Below are positions 39,152 to 52,482 of a DNA stretch of 64,000 nucleotides, piece after piece (the stretch's first letter is position 1; the number at the start of each line of letters is the position of its first letter). The stretch lies in assembly GCF_004010195.1 (NCBI RefSeq), contig NW_025215381.1, positions 82,037-146,036 of the forward strand. The letters run 5' to 3'. Source of the DNA: Chiloscyllium plagiosum. Taxonomy: Eukaryota. The translations under genes were made by a program, and so were the position numbers. A model generated the notes under the pieces. That model saw only the letters and a program-made list of their open reading frames with translations. It was not told where the DNA came from and did not search any database.

Positions 39152-39935
39152 GATAGAGTCATAGAGATGTACAGCATGAAACAGACCTTTCGGTCCAACT
39201 TGACCACGCTGACCAGATATCCTATATTAATCTAGTCCCATTTGCCAGTTCTTGGCCATATCCTTCTAAATCCTTCCTATTCATTAACCCATCCAGATGC
39301 TTTTTCAATGTTTGTAATTGTACCAGCTTCCACCACTTCCTCTGGCAGCTCATTCCATATACGCACCACCCTCTGCGTGACAAAGTTGTCCCTTAGGTCA
39401 TTTTTATATTTTTCCCCTCTCACCCTAAACCTATACCCTCTAGTTCTGGACTCCACTACCCCGGGGAAAAAGATCTTGGCTATTTAACCTATCCATGACT
39501 TCATAATTTTATAAACATCTATTTTATAAACCTCTATAAGGTCACCCCTGAGCTTCCAACATTCCAGCCTGTTCAGCCTCTCCCTATAGCTCAAAACCTC
39601 CAACCCTGGTAACATCCTTGGGAATCTTGTCTGAACCCTTTCAAGTTTAGCAGCTTCCTTCCTATAGCAGAGAGTCCAGAATTGAATGCAGTATTCCAAA
39701 AGCAACTTAACTAATGTCCTGTACAGCAATAAAATGACCCACCAACCGCTATACTCAATGCACTCAATAAATGCAAGCATACCAGACACCTTCTTCACTA
39801 TCCTATCTACCTGTGACTCCACTTCAAGAAACAATGAACCTGCACCCCAAAGTCTCTTTGTTCGGCAACACTCCCCAGCATGTTACCATTAAGGGTATAT
39901 ATAAGTCCTGCCCTGATTTACTTTTCCAAAATGCA
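39152..39935 (-). mobile_element. CR1 LINE 3' fragment
   Basis: Minus ORF LLEYCIQFW..ERVQTRFPRMLPGL; tail at 39152. Confidence 0.92.
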
Positions 39936-40271
39936 CACCTCCCAAATAAGCATCCAATTCCTTCTGAGAAAAGGAGAACCATCACATATGCAAATGAATG
40001 GGGAACCTGGTAATTTAAGGATAGATGGGAATGAAACGATAAAAGGATGACAGTGAAAGAGAGAATGAGACAGGAGGCAGAGGGAGAGAAGAGTAAGGTA
40101 TGAGTGTGGGAGAGAGAGAGAGATGAGAGGGGCCATCAGATGAATATCTGGATGCACGTTGGGATCTGAATTGTGGTACAAATTGGGGAATACCTCGTTA
40201 TCTGAAGAATGATACCTGTCTCACACATGGGAATGAATTTAGAGGGTTCACATTCAGCTCTGCTCTCCCAA

Positions 40272-40575
40272 GGTGCATGGTGGCTCAGTGGTTAGCACTG
40301 CTGCCTCACGGTGCCAGGGACCTGGGTTCAATTCCAGGTGACTGTCTGCGTGGACTTTGCACATTCTCCCTGTGTCTGCGTAGGTTTCCTCTGGGTGCTC
40401 CAGTTTCCTCCCACAGTTCAAAGATAAGCAGGCCAGGTGAATTGGCCATGCTAAATTGCCCAAAGTGATAGGTGCACTAGTCAAAGGGAAATGGGTCTGG
40501 GTGGATTATTCTTCAGAGGGTTGATGTGGACTTGTTGGGCTGAAGGGCCTGTTTCCACACTGTAAGCATTCTAAT
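40272..40575 (+). mobile_element. HE1-like V-SINE, full length
   Basis: Boxes A and B, V-domain, CR1-like tail. Confidence 0.92.
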
Positions 40576-41354
40576 AAAGATGTTTCTTTTTAAGAACACG
40601 GTTGATGTAGGATATAACGGGAAATATTACTCTCAACGGGGTTATGATCCCTCTGCTAGCTACAGCTATGGTTACCCACAACATAACAGCACTGAAACAC
40701 CACCAGCAACCTCTTCCCTGAAATGATGAATGAGAGAGAGGTGAGAGGGAAAAGGGGTTGGGAAGTGGAAGTGTGAAAGGGGCAAGAGGGAAAAGGGAGT
40801 GAGAAATGAGAGGGTGGATAGAGAGAAGGGGAAACGCAGAACTCTGAAAGTGAGAGGGAGAGGGGGGGAAAGAATGAGAAAGGGAGAGAGAGAGAGATGA
40901 AGGGATAAATCAGGTGAGCAGGAGAATGAGTGAAGTGTCTCTGATGCTGCTATTTCAGAATAGGATCAAAAAAGAAGTCCCTTCTAGTTTCCAAAAGGTG
41001 AAGACAGATGTGTCACTGATCTCACACCCTCTTTATCATCTGACCCGCACTCGAAAAGAAATATCATGTCGGAGACACAGAATTAGAAGAGAGCAGCTAT
41101 GCTCGGTGTAAATAACTCATTTATGACATTTGAATTTTATGTTTAATTTAGGAAGATTGTGATGGTTACTCAAACAAAACTGCAAAGATTGACACGAATT
41201 CCCTGGACAAGGAAGTTCAGTCTGGGTCAGGCAGGAGATGTGGGGTTGTTTCCTGAAGACAAATAACCTTCAGAAAAGACTTCACTGAAATCATCATAAG
41301 ATTATATGCAGACAATCAAGAGAAACACATACAACTTGTCAGCAGGGCTGATAG

Positions 41355-41752
41355 CAAGAAATTTGCCAGGCTGTTCCCTGGGCTGTAGAGTCCCAGTTAT
41401 GAAGAGAGATTGGACAGACTGGGCAGAAATATTTCCCTATGACTGAGGGATCCATGACCCAGGACTTTGATTTAATGTAAGGGGCAGGGGTGGTTTAAAG
41501 GGGATGTGGGGACACTTTCTCACCCAGAGGGTGGTAAGAATGTGCAACTCACTGCCTGTTAAAGGTGGGAGAGGCAGAAACACTCATCACAGTGAAGAGA
41601 TATTTCGATGTGCACATGTGATGCAGAGGTAGATAAGGCTATGGGCCCTGTGCTGGGAAATCGGATTGGAATAGTTAGGTGGTTGTATTCACCTGCATAT
41701 GGATTTGATGGGATGAAGAGCCTTCTTCTGTGTTGTAGACCTCAATGACTTT
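41355..41752 (+). mobile_element. Old CR1 3' fragment
   Basis: agttatgaagagagattggacagact...cacccagagggtggt...ctcaatgact. Confidence 0.7.
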
Positions 41753-42227
41753 AGGAGAAGACAGGTTTAAGATGAAACAAGCACAAGGAAGCATCCTGAT
41801 GAAAACCTTATGCACGAAAGGTTGACTCTCCTGCTCCTCTGATGCTGCCTGACCTGCTGTGCTTTTCCAGAACCATACTCTCGACTCTGATCTCCAGCAT
41901 CTGCAGTCCTCACTTTCTCCCATAAGGAAGGGTTAAGACAGAAAATGGCACATTATCTCCCCAAATACATTATTTAAACTAATAAGAGATACAGATTCAA
42001 TGTCAGCTCATTACAGTACAAAAAGAATCCATTCAGCCCATCGAGTCAACACTAACTGATGAATAGATCAGATATCCCACTCAGACCCACCCAACCTGCT
42101 CACATTTCCCATGCCTAGTGCACACTCTAAGGGTAGTTTTTCATGGCCAATTCACCTAACCTGCACATGTTTGGACTGTTGGAATTGAATCCAGATCCCT
42201 GACACTGTGAGGCAGCAGTGTTCCCAC

Positions 42228-42713
42228 TGAAACTTGAAAGGGTTCAGAAAAGATTTACAAGGATGTTGCCAGGGTTGGAGGATCTGAGCTACAGGGAGAG
42301 GCTGTTTTCCCTGGAGCGTCGGATGCTGAGGGGTGACCTAATAGAGGTTTGCAAAATTATGAGGGGCATGGATGGGATAAATAAACAAAGTCTTTTCTCT
42401 GGGGTCAGGGAGTCCAGAACTAGCGGGCATACGTTTAGGATGAGAGGGGAAAGATATAAAAGAGACCTAAGGGCAACCTTTTCACGCAGAGGGTGATACG
42501 TGTATGGAATGAGCTGCCAGAGGAAGTGGTGGAGGCTGGTACAATTGCAACATTTAAGAGGCATTTGGATGGGTATATTAATAGGAAGGGTTTGGAGTGA
42601 TATGGGCCGGGTGCTGGCAGGTGGGACTAGATTGGATTGGGATATCTGGTCAGCATGGACAGGTTGGACCGAAGGGTCTGTTTCCATGCTGTACATCTCT
42701 ATGACTTCTATGA
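42228..42713 (+). mobile_element. CR1 LINE 3' fragment
   Basis: KLERVQKRFTRMLPGLEDLSYRERL; tail ctctatgacttctatgac. Confidence 0.93.
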
Positions 42714-42848
42714 CATCCCTTAAACCTGTACCTGCACAGGAGACAGGAGCTCCAACCAAGAGGAATAATACAGAGGCCCCAAGCTGGGGTCTAGAGACAA
42801 GGAGATGAGCTGATGAACAACACAGATATCTGAGCTACTCATCACTTA

Positions 42849-43302
42849 GTGTGTGTGTGTATGTGTATGTGTGCACGTGTGTGTCTGTCTGTCTGTGAAT
42901 ATCACGTGTGTGACAGTGTGTTTATGCATGTGTGTCTGTATGTCTGTGTATATCACTCTGTGTGTATCTGTGTGACAGCGTGTGTGCGCATGTTTGTCTG
43001 TATGTCTGTGTATATCACTCTGTGTATGTCTGTGTGACTGTTTGTGTGTGTGTGTGTTTGTGTGTGAATATGAGAATATGTGTCTGTTTGGCTGTGTTTA
43101 TATCTCTCTATGTGTGTGTCTCTATGATAGTATGCATACATGTGTGTGACAGACTGTTTCTGTGTGTCAGTGTCCATGTGCGTGTGCGTCTGTGTTTGTT
43201 ATCCCTGTCTGCCTCTGTATGTATGTGAGAGTATGTTTGGGTCTGTGTGGGTATCTGTCTCTATCTATGCCTGTGTGTGCATGTGAGAGTCTATGTGTGT
43301 CT
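42849..43302. repeat. Degenerate (TG)n-rich simple repeat
   Basis: TG/TA/TC alternating tract. Confidence 0.9.
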
Positions 43303-43539
43303 GCTATCTCCTCCTCTTGCCATTCATTTCATCTGCTGCTGCTTCTCTTTCATTCTCTCTTCTGTCTTCTTCTTCCATCTCATCTCCCATTTCCCAGACT
43401 TTCACACTACTTTCTGTTTAATCCCCCCTCCCTTCTCACCCTCTCTGTGTTTCAAAAGAATCACTTTCTCATCTCTCCATTAGACATCTCTCCAGATCTC
43501 CACTCATCCCAATCGTGATCCCAACATTTATAAGTGTCC

Positions 43540-44168
43540 GATTCTGTACAGAGTGAGTGATTCCCTTTGTATGAATGGTGGACTTATCTTCAGCAGTGAC
43601 CTGCAGGAATGAAATTCCTTTTCTGGTAGCAATATCGCAATCCTGACACTCTTCCCCCATAAACCTGCCACTATCTACAAGACACAAGTCAGGAGTGTGA
43701 TTGAATACTCCCTACTTGCAGCTCCAACAACACTCAAGAAGCTTGACACCGATTGGCAAAACATCCACAAGATTCCACTCCCTCCACCCAGTAGCGTTCA
43801 GTAGCAGGACTGTGTACCATCTATAAGATGCACTGCAGAAATTCACCAACGATCCTCAGACAGTGCCTTCCAAACTCATGACAACTTCTGTCTGAAAGGA
43901 CAAGGACAGCAGAAACATGGGAACACCAGCAAGTTCCCCTCCAAGACACTCACTATCCTGACTTGGAAATATATCATTGTTCCTTCACTGTCTCTGAGTC
44001 AGAATCCTGGAATTCCCTTCCTCAGGGCATTAAGGATCAGCCCACAGCACACGGACAGTAGTGGTTCAAGAAGGCAGCTTACCTCCATCTTCGCAAGGGG
44101 GCAACTAGAGACGGGCAAGAAGTGCTGGCCCAGCCAGCCACGCCCACATCCCATGAGTCAATAAAAAT
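43540..44168 (+). mobile_element. L2-type LINE 3' fragment sharing its tail with the Deu-SINEs
   Basis: atctacaagacacaagtcaggagtgtgattgaatactcc (IYKTQVRSVIEYS); tail gctggcccagccagccacgcccacatcccatga. Confidence 0.75.
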
Positions 44169-45107
44169 TAATTTGGATGAGATCCTGCCTCTTCTTCAAC
44201 TTGAACCAGCAGAGGGATGGCATTGATAACAGAGCAAGTTTCTAACAGGTGGGAGAGATAAAGTAACAAACTCTAAACTTTCCTCCCAACACGGACACAA
44301 CAATAAAGCTAATAAGAAGGTACTATCGAAATATGGAGAAAGAAATAGAAAATTCTGGAAATGCCCAGCAGAACTGATAGCAGCCGGAGGGAGTTATATT
44401 AGGTTCAGGTCCCTTGTTATCCCTTGTCATTGGGGTTTCATTATGTGGAATGAAGTATATTTTCCAAATTATCACCATGAATCTGGATTGAAAACATTGG
44501 ATTTGCAACATTATTGCCCTGCTCTTGGGCAATTTGCTCTTCCTGATAATCAGGACAAACTCAATTCTCTTTCAGACAATGGTGAACATGTCAATTAATC
44601 AGTTTGCCGTCAGTGCAATAATTTATTGGTCACGTCTGGGGAAACATTTGGAGCAATCAAACATGGTGTTACTGTAATGTCACAGTCCTGTGTGACACTG
44701 GTTTTGATAGCAAGGAGTCTTCAGTCAAACCATTGCACAGTCCTGCTCGTCATATGTTATCACACAAAAAACAATGTTTATAAACATAACTGGGCACCCA
44801 TGTAGCTGCAGCATGTTCATGGGCAATCGAGGTACTGCTTTGAGATCGTGAAAAGTCATGAATGAAACATACAACAATGCATTTTGTAAAAATGCCTTGA
44901 AGTTGGGCATTGTAGAGTCATGTTGGATGTTCCTCTCAGAGTCAAGTCATGCTCTGCAATTAAAATCTAAAATGACAATCCTGGTCCATGTCTCCAGAGG
45001 GAGCCATAGAGTCTGCACTGTTGGTGTCCTCACAACCAACACTGATGTTTTGTGGATCTCCTGCAATCCAAAGAAAACAAACGTGATGTTTCTGCACAGA
45101 ATCTTCA

Positions 45108-45750
45108 ATTTGATTTATTATTGGCACAAGCACCGTGATACAGTGAGAACTATTGTTTTATGTGCTATTCAGGCAGGTCATAACACAAGAAAGGACATCA
45201 GGGTAATGGAGCAGAGTGCAGAATACAATGTTACAGCCACAGAAAAGGTGCAGAGAGAGAAAGAGAGTGAGATAGACTGTAATATTTTGAGAGGTTTATT
45301 CAAAAGTCTGATGCCAACAGGAAAGGAGCTGTTCTTACATCTGTTTGTACGGGATTTCTAACTTTTGTATCTTCTGCCCATGGAAGAGGGTGAAAGATCA
45401 CATAACTGGGGTGGGAGGGGTCTCTGATCATGTTAGTTGCTTTTCCAAGGCAGTGGGATGAATATATGGAGTTAATGGCAGGAAGGCTGGTTTGTGTGAT
45501 GTACTGGGCTAAGTTCATGACTCTCTGTAGTTTTGTGCGGTCTTGGGAAGAGTAGTTGCCATATCACACTGTGATGCATCCAGATAGGATACTATCTGAG
45601 GTGCATCTATAAACATTGGTAAAGCATTGAGGACCATGTCGAATTTCCATTGATGTAGACAGAGCATGCTCTCCACTCCACTTGCTCATGTCAATGACCA
45701 GCTCCTTCATTTTCCTGATGTTGGTGGAGAGACTGTTCTCTTGCTGATGT
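45108..45750 (-). mobile_element. Rex1/Babar-like LINE 3' fragment
   Basis: Minus frames NSLSTNIRKMKELVIDMSK, NVYRCTSDSILSGCITV and AQYITQTSLPAINSIY..CLGKATNMIRDPSHP. Confidence 0.75.
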
Positions 45751-46720
45751 TCGTGGAGATTGTTGTCTGCTGATGTTAATGGGGAGACTGTTCTCATGCT
45801 GATGTTAATAGGGAGACTGTTCTCATGCTGATGTTGATGGGGAGACTGTTGTATTGCTGATGTTCATGGTGAGACTGTTATGTTGCCTGACGCTGATGGA
45901 GAGACTGTACTCTTGATGATGTTGATAGAGAGACTGTTGTTTTGCTGACATTGATGGAGAGACTGTTGTTTTGCTGACGCTGATGGAGAGACTGTTGTTT
46001 TGCTGATGTTGATGGAGAGACTGTACTCTTGCTGACGTTGACGGAGAGACTGTTGTCTTGCTGACGTTGATGGAGAGACTGTTGTCTTGCTGACGTTGAT
46101 GAAGAGACTGTACTCTTGCTGACGTTGATGGAGAGACTGTACTCTTGCTGATGTTGATGGAGAGACTGTTGTCTTGCTGATGTTGATGGAGAGACTGTTG
46201 TCTTGTGATGTTGTTGGGGAGATTGTTCTCTTGCTGATGTTGATGGAGAGACTGTTCTCATGCTGATGTTGATGGAGAGACTGTTGTCTTGCTGATGCTG
46301 TTGGAGAGATTGTTCTCTTGCTGACATTGATGGAGAGATTGTTCTCTTGCTGACATTGATGGAGAGACTGTTGTCTTGCTGACTTGATGGAGAGACTACT
46401 CTTGCTTACGTTTATGGAGTGACTGTTGTTTTGCTAACGTTGATGAAGAGACTGTTCTCTTACGTTTATGGAGAGACTGTTGTGTTGATGATGCTGAGGG
46501 AGAGACTGTTGTCTTGTTGATGTTGATGGGAAGACTGTTCTCTTGCTGATGTTGGTGGAGAGACTGTTGTCTTGCTGACTTGATGGAGAGACTGTACTCT
46601 TGCTTACGTTTATGGAGAGACTGTTGTTTTGATGATGTTGATGGAGAGACTGCTATCTTGTTGATGTTAGTGGAGTGACTGTTCTCTTGCTGACATTGAT
46701 GCAGAGACTGTTGTCTCGTA
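45715..46720. repeat. Minisatellite, 29-bp unit (GCTGATGTTGATGGAGAGACTGTTGTCTT), about 35 copies
   Basis: Direct periodicity; the unit equals the DNSLSINISK-coding segment of the adjoining LINE. Confidence 0.95.
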
Positions 46721-46834
46721 GTGCTCATTCTCATGCTGATTATGGTGGCCATCTGCCCATCTGCACAATACCCTTGTCTGCCCAGCAAATCCCATGATCT
46801 GTGCACAGCACTTTATCTTAATCATTCCTGCCTG

Positions 46835-46972
46835 TCATCCTTCCCGAGCTGCGAGTTGTGCCCAGTGATGTGTGCACGTGCTTTCCCTCTGACTCTCCTG
46901 ACGGCAGTGGAGGTAGACGTTTACGGGATGGATGTACGCTAGCATTAGCACGGCGATGAATCCAAGATTCAG
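46835..46972 (-). CDS. slc43a3: SLC43A3-like transporter, last coding exon (LNLGFIAVLMLAYIHPVNVYLHCR...EG*)
   Basis: cAG acceptor at 46974-46973, phase 0; TM12 with the HP..VY..CR motif; TGA stop. Confidence 0.88.
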   Translation of the reverse strand: MNLGFIAVLMLAYIHPVNVYLHCRQESQRESTCTHHWAQLAAREG

Positions 46973-48057
46973 CTGCCCCGTACGTTCACAATAACAAGAA
47001 AAATAAAATGAGAGAGCAAGTCTCCAGTCCGAAGTCATCTCACACAGTTCCCATCAACCAGGTATCCCAAACTGAACTCATTCCATTCACCCGCATTTGG
47101 CCTATTTCCCTCTAAACCTTCCCTGTTCATATACCTTTGCCTATTACAGCACAGCTGGGCGATCTGCCCAATCTGCCTCGGATTGTTTTTTGAAAGAACC
47201 TGGATTCCACTGTACAATCTTTCCCACTGGCCCCGAATTGTTGGGATTTGTAATGAAATTTTCAGTTGTCACAACTTTTCTTGCGTTTGTCACGTCCTTG
47301 TTTAAATCCTGCAATTATAACTCTCATCCCCTTCCAATTAATTCCAAATCTTCATCATTCATTCTTTGAACAGTTGTATCACCAAGTCACCTCTGGTTCA
47401 CCATCTGAAATTGTTGTCCTGCTTATATTGATATGGAATCACTGTCACCAATATAGACAGCTTTTTCACTTTTTCCCTGTCAAAATATTCCAAGTTTTCA
47501 TACACCCCATAAAGTCTTCTCTTTAGCTTCTCTGTGCCAAAGAGAACAATATGAATTTCCTTCAAACAACTCCGCTTCCTCATTTGTGACTGCATTCAAG
47601 TGCATTCTTACACACGTTCATTAAACACTCGACATTATTTCTCATCTGCCCAGTGATGTGTACAGTCCCACAGGCACATGCTACTATATGAGTGTGGGTT
47701 TAACCTGTACCTTATCAGCTGGCAGTCTTGATAAATCAGCAAAAGAATCCTATATTTCAAACACTGTGATCTATCGTGATATTGATACTGCAAATAAATT
47801 ATGTCCCATGCATTACATTGTGATTTTACTTTAATTTTATGGGGTGTGTTGATGGTTTTACTTAGACTTTCCACAGATTCAGGACTCTTAAAGATCTGGG
47901 GATGACCTCACCTTTGAAACCAACCCAATAGTGGAGGCATCGCAAATTCCATTTGAGGAATGTCTTTCTGTGTTTCGACATGTCTGTGTCAGAGTTTTTT
48001 TCTCTCTCTCTCTTGCTCACATGGCTCTCTCTCTCTCCCTCGAAATCTCCCTAGCCA

Positions 48058-48455
48058 CAGAGTCATACAATGTGGAAACAGACCCTTCAGCCCAACTCGT
48101 CCTTACCCACCAGGCATCCCAAACTGGACTAATCCCATTTGACTGTATTTGTCCCATTGCCCTCTAAAGCTTTCCTATTCATGTACCTGTCCAAATATCT
48201 TTTAAAAGATGCAATTGCATCTGCATTGAACACTTCCTCTAGCAGCTTGTTCTATGCATGCTTGTGAAAACCTTACCTCCCAGCTCCCTTTTAAATCTTT
48301 ATCCTCTCACCATAAACCTATTCCCTCTAGCTCTGGACTCCCCCACTCCAGGACCTTGTCTATTCGCCCTACCCATGCCTCTCTGATTTTATTAACCTCT
48401 ATAAGGTCACCCCTCAGCCTCTGACGCTCCAGGGAAAACAACCCAGCCTACCCTG
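48058..48455 (-). mobile_element. CR1 3' fragment (intronic)
   Basis: Reverse complement of the CR1 tail and RLRGDLIEV region. Confidence 0.85.
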
Positions 48456-48628
48456 AGGCTCTGGTCAAGAATAAGGAACAGTTGGGATTGAGTGAATCCC
48501 TGTAGGAGTACACGGACAGTAGGAGTACACTTGAGAGGGAAATAAGGAGAGCAAAATGAGACATGAGATAGCTGAAGAAGGGTAATACCTGAATTGTTGA
48601 CTTCACCACCTCCTGATGCTACCATCAT

Positions 48629-48945
48629 GGGCGGCACGATGGCACAGTGGTTAGCACTGCTGCCTCACAGCGCCAGAGACCCGGGTTCAATTCTCGTCTC
48701 AGGCGACTGACCATGTGGAGTTTGCACATTCTCCCCATGTCTGCGTGGGTTTTCTCCGGGTGCTCTGGTTTCCTCCCACGATCCAAAAATGTGCAGGTTA
48801 GGTGAATTGGCCATGCTAAATTGCCCCATAGTGTTAGGTGAAGGGGTAAATGTAGGGGAATGGGTCTGGGTGGTTGCGCTTCAGCGGGTCAGTGTGGACT
48901 TGTTAGGCCGAAGGGCCTGCTTCCACACGGTAAGGAATCTAATCT
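48629..48945 (+). mobile_element. HE1-like V-SINE, full length (intronic)
   Basis: Boxes A and B, V-domain, tail aatctaatcta. Confidence 0.93.
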
Positions 48946-49221
48946 ACCTGACCTGCTTCCAGCCTCCTCCTTGTCTACATGAGCTAGCTTTGGAAAAAAG
49001 GTCAAGGAGAATCAGAAGAGATTCTACAAGTACATTAAATAACTAGGGAGAGAATTGGGCGCCTTAAAGATCAACAAGTTTGTCTTTGTGCAGAACCACA
49101 GGAGATGGGTGAGATACTCTCCCATCATCCAAATTAATGACGTTTGCATCTTCATTGCCAGCTCAATCTCTGACTTCGAATCATTGAGAGGATTGGGTTA
49201 TCATTACATACTGTTACTCAC

Positions 49222-49345
49222 ATAAAGTGGGTCGCCGTGCAAGGGCCCCTGGATCAAAGTGAAGCATGGGTACTGAAGCAGAGAAATAACAGCAGAGAGA
49301 GCTTGCACCAGTCCATAGACCTTCCCAAAATGGCAGGAAGGGAAC
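49222..49345 (-). CDS. slc43a3: SLC43A3-like exon ([41 protein letters not shown])
   Basis: tgcAG acceptor, GTGAGT donor, 124 nt, phase 2 to 0; hallmark FP..HFGK..GL motif. Confidence 0.95.
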
Positions 49346-49877
49346 CTGCACAAGAGGAGAGAGATGGAAGGGAATATCAAATCAAACTTCATTGTGTTCC
49401 ACCCTGCACAGGTTGATGTTCGCATTTATGCATAAGATGAGGCACCTCATTCACATCTGATACTGAGCCATGCCCACCTCAGAAGAATTGCTGTGTCACG
49501 GTAATAGCATGGTGCCAGCGGTCACCTAACCCAGGCTGCTGCTGTCTTTTGAGAAATGATTCCAAATCCTGTCATGTCAAGGTGACAGAACTCAAATTTA
49601 AAGCTTGTTTTGAAACAAATTGTCTGTATTATCAGCTCCTCTCCGTGACAGCAGCGATGAAGCTGTTGTTGATTGCCATTCAAAACTGAAAGTCTCTGGA
49701 ACATAGCTGCAGCTTGGGCAAGGGAGGCTGACATCTTTAGCACGGTCTGGCCTACACGTGGGCCTGTGACTCAAACTCACATTGTCTCTGAGCAACTCCA
49801 ATGGCCTAGAGGGATGGACAAGGGACGCCTGCATTTCCTGACGGAGTAATACCAGCTCTGGCCTACACTCTCTGGAC

Positions 49878-50240
49878 TTTAGAAGAATGACAGGAGATCT
49901 AATTAAGGCCTATAAAATGCTAAAGGGGATGGACAAGGCAGATGTAGAGGAGATGTTTCCTCATGGGGGCAACCTAAGGCCATAATTTTAGGATATGGAG
50001 TGGAAGATTTAAGGCAGACACGAGGAGAAATTACTTTTCTCAAAGGGTTGTGAACCTGTGGAATTCACTCCCCAAGATGCTGAGACATTGAGTAAGCTTA
50101 AGGAGGAGATGGACAGATTTTTAATGAATAACAGGTTGAAGAGCGGGCAGGAGTGTGGAGTTGAGGTCGTGATGAGATTGGCCATGATTGTATTGAATGG
50201 CGGAGGAGGCTCAAGGGGCTGAATGGCCTACGCTTCTACC
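49878..50240 (+). mobile_element. CR1 3' fragment (alternative tail type)
   Basis: agaagaatgacaggagatctaatt...ggctcaaggggctgaatggcctac. Confidence 0.75.
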
Positions 50241-50579
50241 TCTGATGCACTGAAAATATTGCCCGGTTGAGTGTCTGTTCAGCCTTCCTCGGAATGTAAT
50301 GATGTCATTGTTCATAGCCACTTATTATGATAGGGGGTTCACATTCTGGCCTTTAGTTGGGTCAGGAGCTCTTCCCTGAATTCCTTCACAAAACTCACTG
50401 TCTGACATTTCCTGGCAGCTGGTTCTGATCTCTTCCACAGCTGAATCCTTTCCAGGTCATAGTGTCACGCCTGAGAGGGGTCCTCGCTCATAGTCACTGA
50501 CATAAGACCCAGTGAGAGAATGCAGGGCACAGGAACCAATCCTAACAGTGCAACTGCATTCAGTGCAATTTTAAAAATT

Positions 50580-50895
50580 CTTAATTCACTCATGAGATGT
50601 GGGCATCGCTGGACAGGCAGCTCAGAGTCAACCACATTGCTGTGGAGATGGAATCACATGTAGGCCAGGCCAGGTAAGGATGGCAGATTTCCTTCCCTAA
50701 AGGACATTAGGGAACCAGATGGGTTTTTCCAACAATCGACAATGGTTTCACGATCATTGGTAGACTCTTTATTCCAGATTTTATTTCATTGAATTTAAAT
50801 TCCACCAAAGGCTATGGGTGGGATTTGAACGTGGGTCCCCAGAGCACTACCTGGGTGTCAAAAATCAACAGTTAAAGGACAATGCCATTAGGCCA
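50580..50895 (-). mobile_element. Deu-domain SINE
   Basis: Reverse complement of the Deu core: ccaggtaaggatggcagatttccttccctaaaggacattag. Confidence 0.85.
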
Positions 50896-50922
50896 CTGGT
50901 GAGGAATCAGGCACTGACTTAC

Positions 50923-51118
50923 ACGAGAGAGATAAATGCTGCGTCCCCTCCATACAAGAAGGTGCGGCTGATCACTTGGAGGATGAAGGTCAGGTACTGA
51001 ACCTGGAGCACAGGGATGGTGGCACAGACAGCGAACAGGACGGCGTGTGTGACGGTAATGGTCAGAGACAGGACAGCGGCCATCATGGCATCCAGCTTCT
51101 TCGAGGTGGCACAGTCCG
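50923..51118 (-). CDS. slc43a3: SLC43A3-like exon (...IPVLQVQYLTFILQVISRTFLYGGDAAFISL)
   Basis: cccAG acceptor, GTAAGT donor, 196 nt, phase 1 to 2; QYLTFILQVISR motif. Confidence 0.95.
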
Positions 51119-51499
51119 CTGGGGCGGGAGGGGGTGGGGGAGGGGGCAGGGGTCAGAGGAAGAGGGCAAGGGACAAGAGGATGAGGAGAGCAGAGGGGGC
51201 AGTAGGAGGGGGAGGGGAGAGGTGCAATGAAGAGGTGGGGGCAAAACAAAACAAACAAACGCATTGAATCAGAGCTCAGTAATCACCGAACGAGCCAGGA
51301 TGACAATCCCTGCCTATGGGGAGGAGAAACATTCAGCACAGCAGCATCAAAGTGGGAGCAGAGTGTGTAAACCTGGATTACCCAGGAATGGGAGTGATCA
51401 GAGTGTTTAAACCTGGATTATCTGGGCGTGGGAATGATTGGAGTGTTTAAACCTGGATTACCCAGGCGTGGGAATGATCACTGTGTTTTATGTGGATGC

Positions 51500-51825
51500 A
51501 ATAGCCTAGTGGCATTAGCAATAGACTACTTATCCAGAGACCCCAGTTATTGTCTAGAGACCTTGGCTCGAATCCAGCCACAGCAGACCGTGGATTTTGA
51601 ATTAAATATATATCTGGAATCAGGGGTTTAGTATTGACTGTGAAACCATTATGAAGGACAAGCCATCTGCCTCACTAATGCCCTTTAGGGAAGGAAGCTG
51701 CCAACCTTATCTGGACTGGCCTACGTGTGACTCCAGACCCATAGCAATATGGATGACTCTTGGTAATTAGGGATGGGCAATAAATGCGGGCCCAGTCGGT
51801 GATGCCCTCATTCTGAGTAGAATGA
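51500..51825 (+). mobile_element. Deu-domain SINE
   Basis: ctaatgccctttagggaaggaagctgcc..ccttatctggactggcctacgtgtgactccagaccc; tail gggcaataaatgc. Confidence 0.85.
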
Positions 51826-51951
51826 AAACCTGGATGATCTGAGACTGGGTGTGATCGGGGTGCAGAGTACAATTCGATGAATTGCCTTCTGTATTCGGAA
51901 CTGGGGGTGATGGAGGATGGGGACTGAAATGTACAGGGACACTTGAATTAC

Positions 51952-52071
51952 CTGAGAAACCGGCTGCTAGTTTCCTTTTGTCTTTGCGTCGATCCATAAT
52001 CAGGCCGTTCCATGGGGCACAAAAAACACTGCTCATCTGTGTGATGGCAAAGGCGTTCGTCAGTCTGCTTA
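51952..52071 (-). CDS. slc43a3: SLC43A3-like exon ([30 protein letters not shown]...)
   Basis: ctcAG acceptor, GTAATT donor, 120 nt, phase 1 to 1; TNAFA.TQ and CAPWNGL.MDR motifs. Confidence 0.95.
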
Positions 52072-52182
52072 CTGAGGACCCGAAACAAAAAGAGGGAGGA
52101 GGAAATTGTCACTTTAACACTGAACTGCTAAGGCTTGTACATATTATTTTCCGAAAGCTGGTGCTACTGAGCTTTTACAGCG

Positions 52183-52482
52183 ATTAGATTCCCTACAGTA
52201 GAAAAACAGGCCCTTCGGCCCAATAAGTCATCACTGGCCCTCCAAAGAGTAACCGGACTCATTCCCCTACCCTATATTTACCCTGACTAATGCACCTAAC
52301 ACTGTAGGCAATTTAGCATGACCATTCCAATCTAACTTGCACATCTTTGGATTGTGGGAGGAAACCCAAGCAGATACAGGGAGAACATGCAAACTCCACA
52401 GAGACAGTTGCCTGAGGCAAGAATCGAACCCAAGTCTCTGGTGCTATGAGGCAGCAGTACTAACCACTGCGCCACCATGTCA
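52183..52482 (-). mobile_element. HE1-like V-SINE
   Basis: Reverse-complement head, V-domain and tail. Confidence 0.9.

Noticed and set aside
42849..43518. Cys/Val-rich ORFs
   Set aside because: Artefacts of (TG)n and pyrimidine-rich simple sequence.
2150..46720. Common origin of the two 29-bp arrays
   Set aside because: The best ungapped alignment I found gave 15/29 identity, which is plausible by chance after choosing rotation and strand. The second array has a clear LINE origin.
45878..46806. Ser/Gln-rich repeat protein ORFs
   Set aside because: These are translations of a 29-bp minisatellite whose unit is not a multiple of three.
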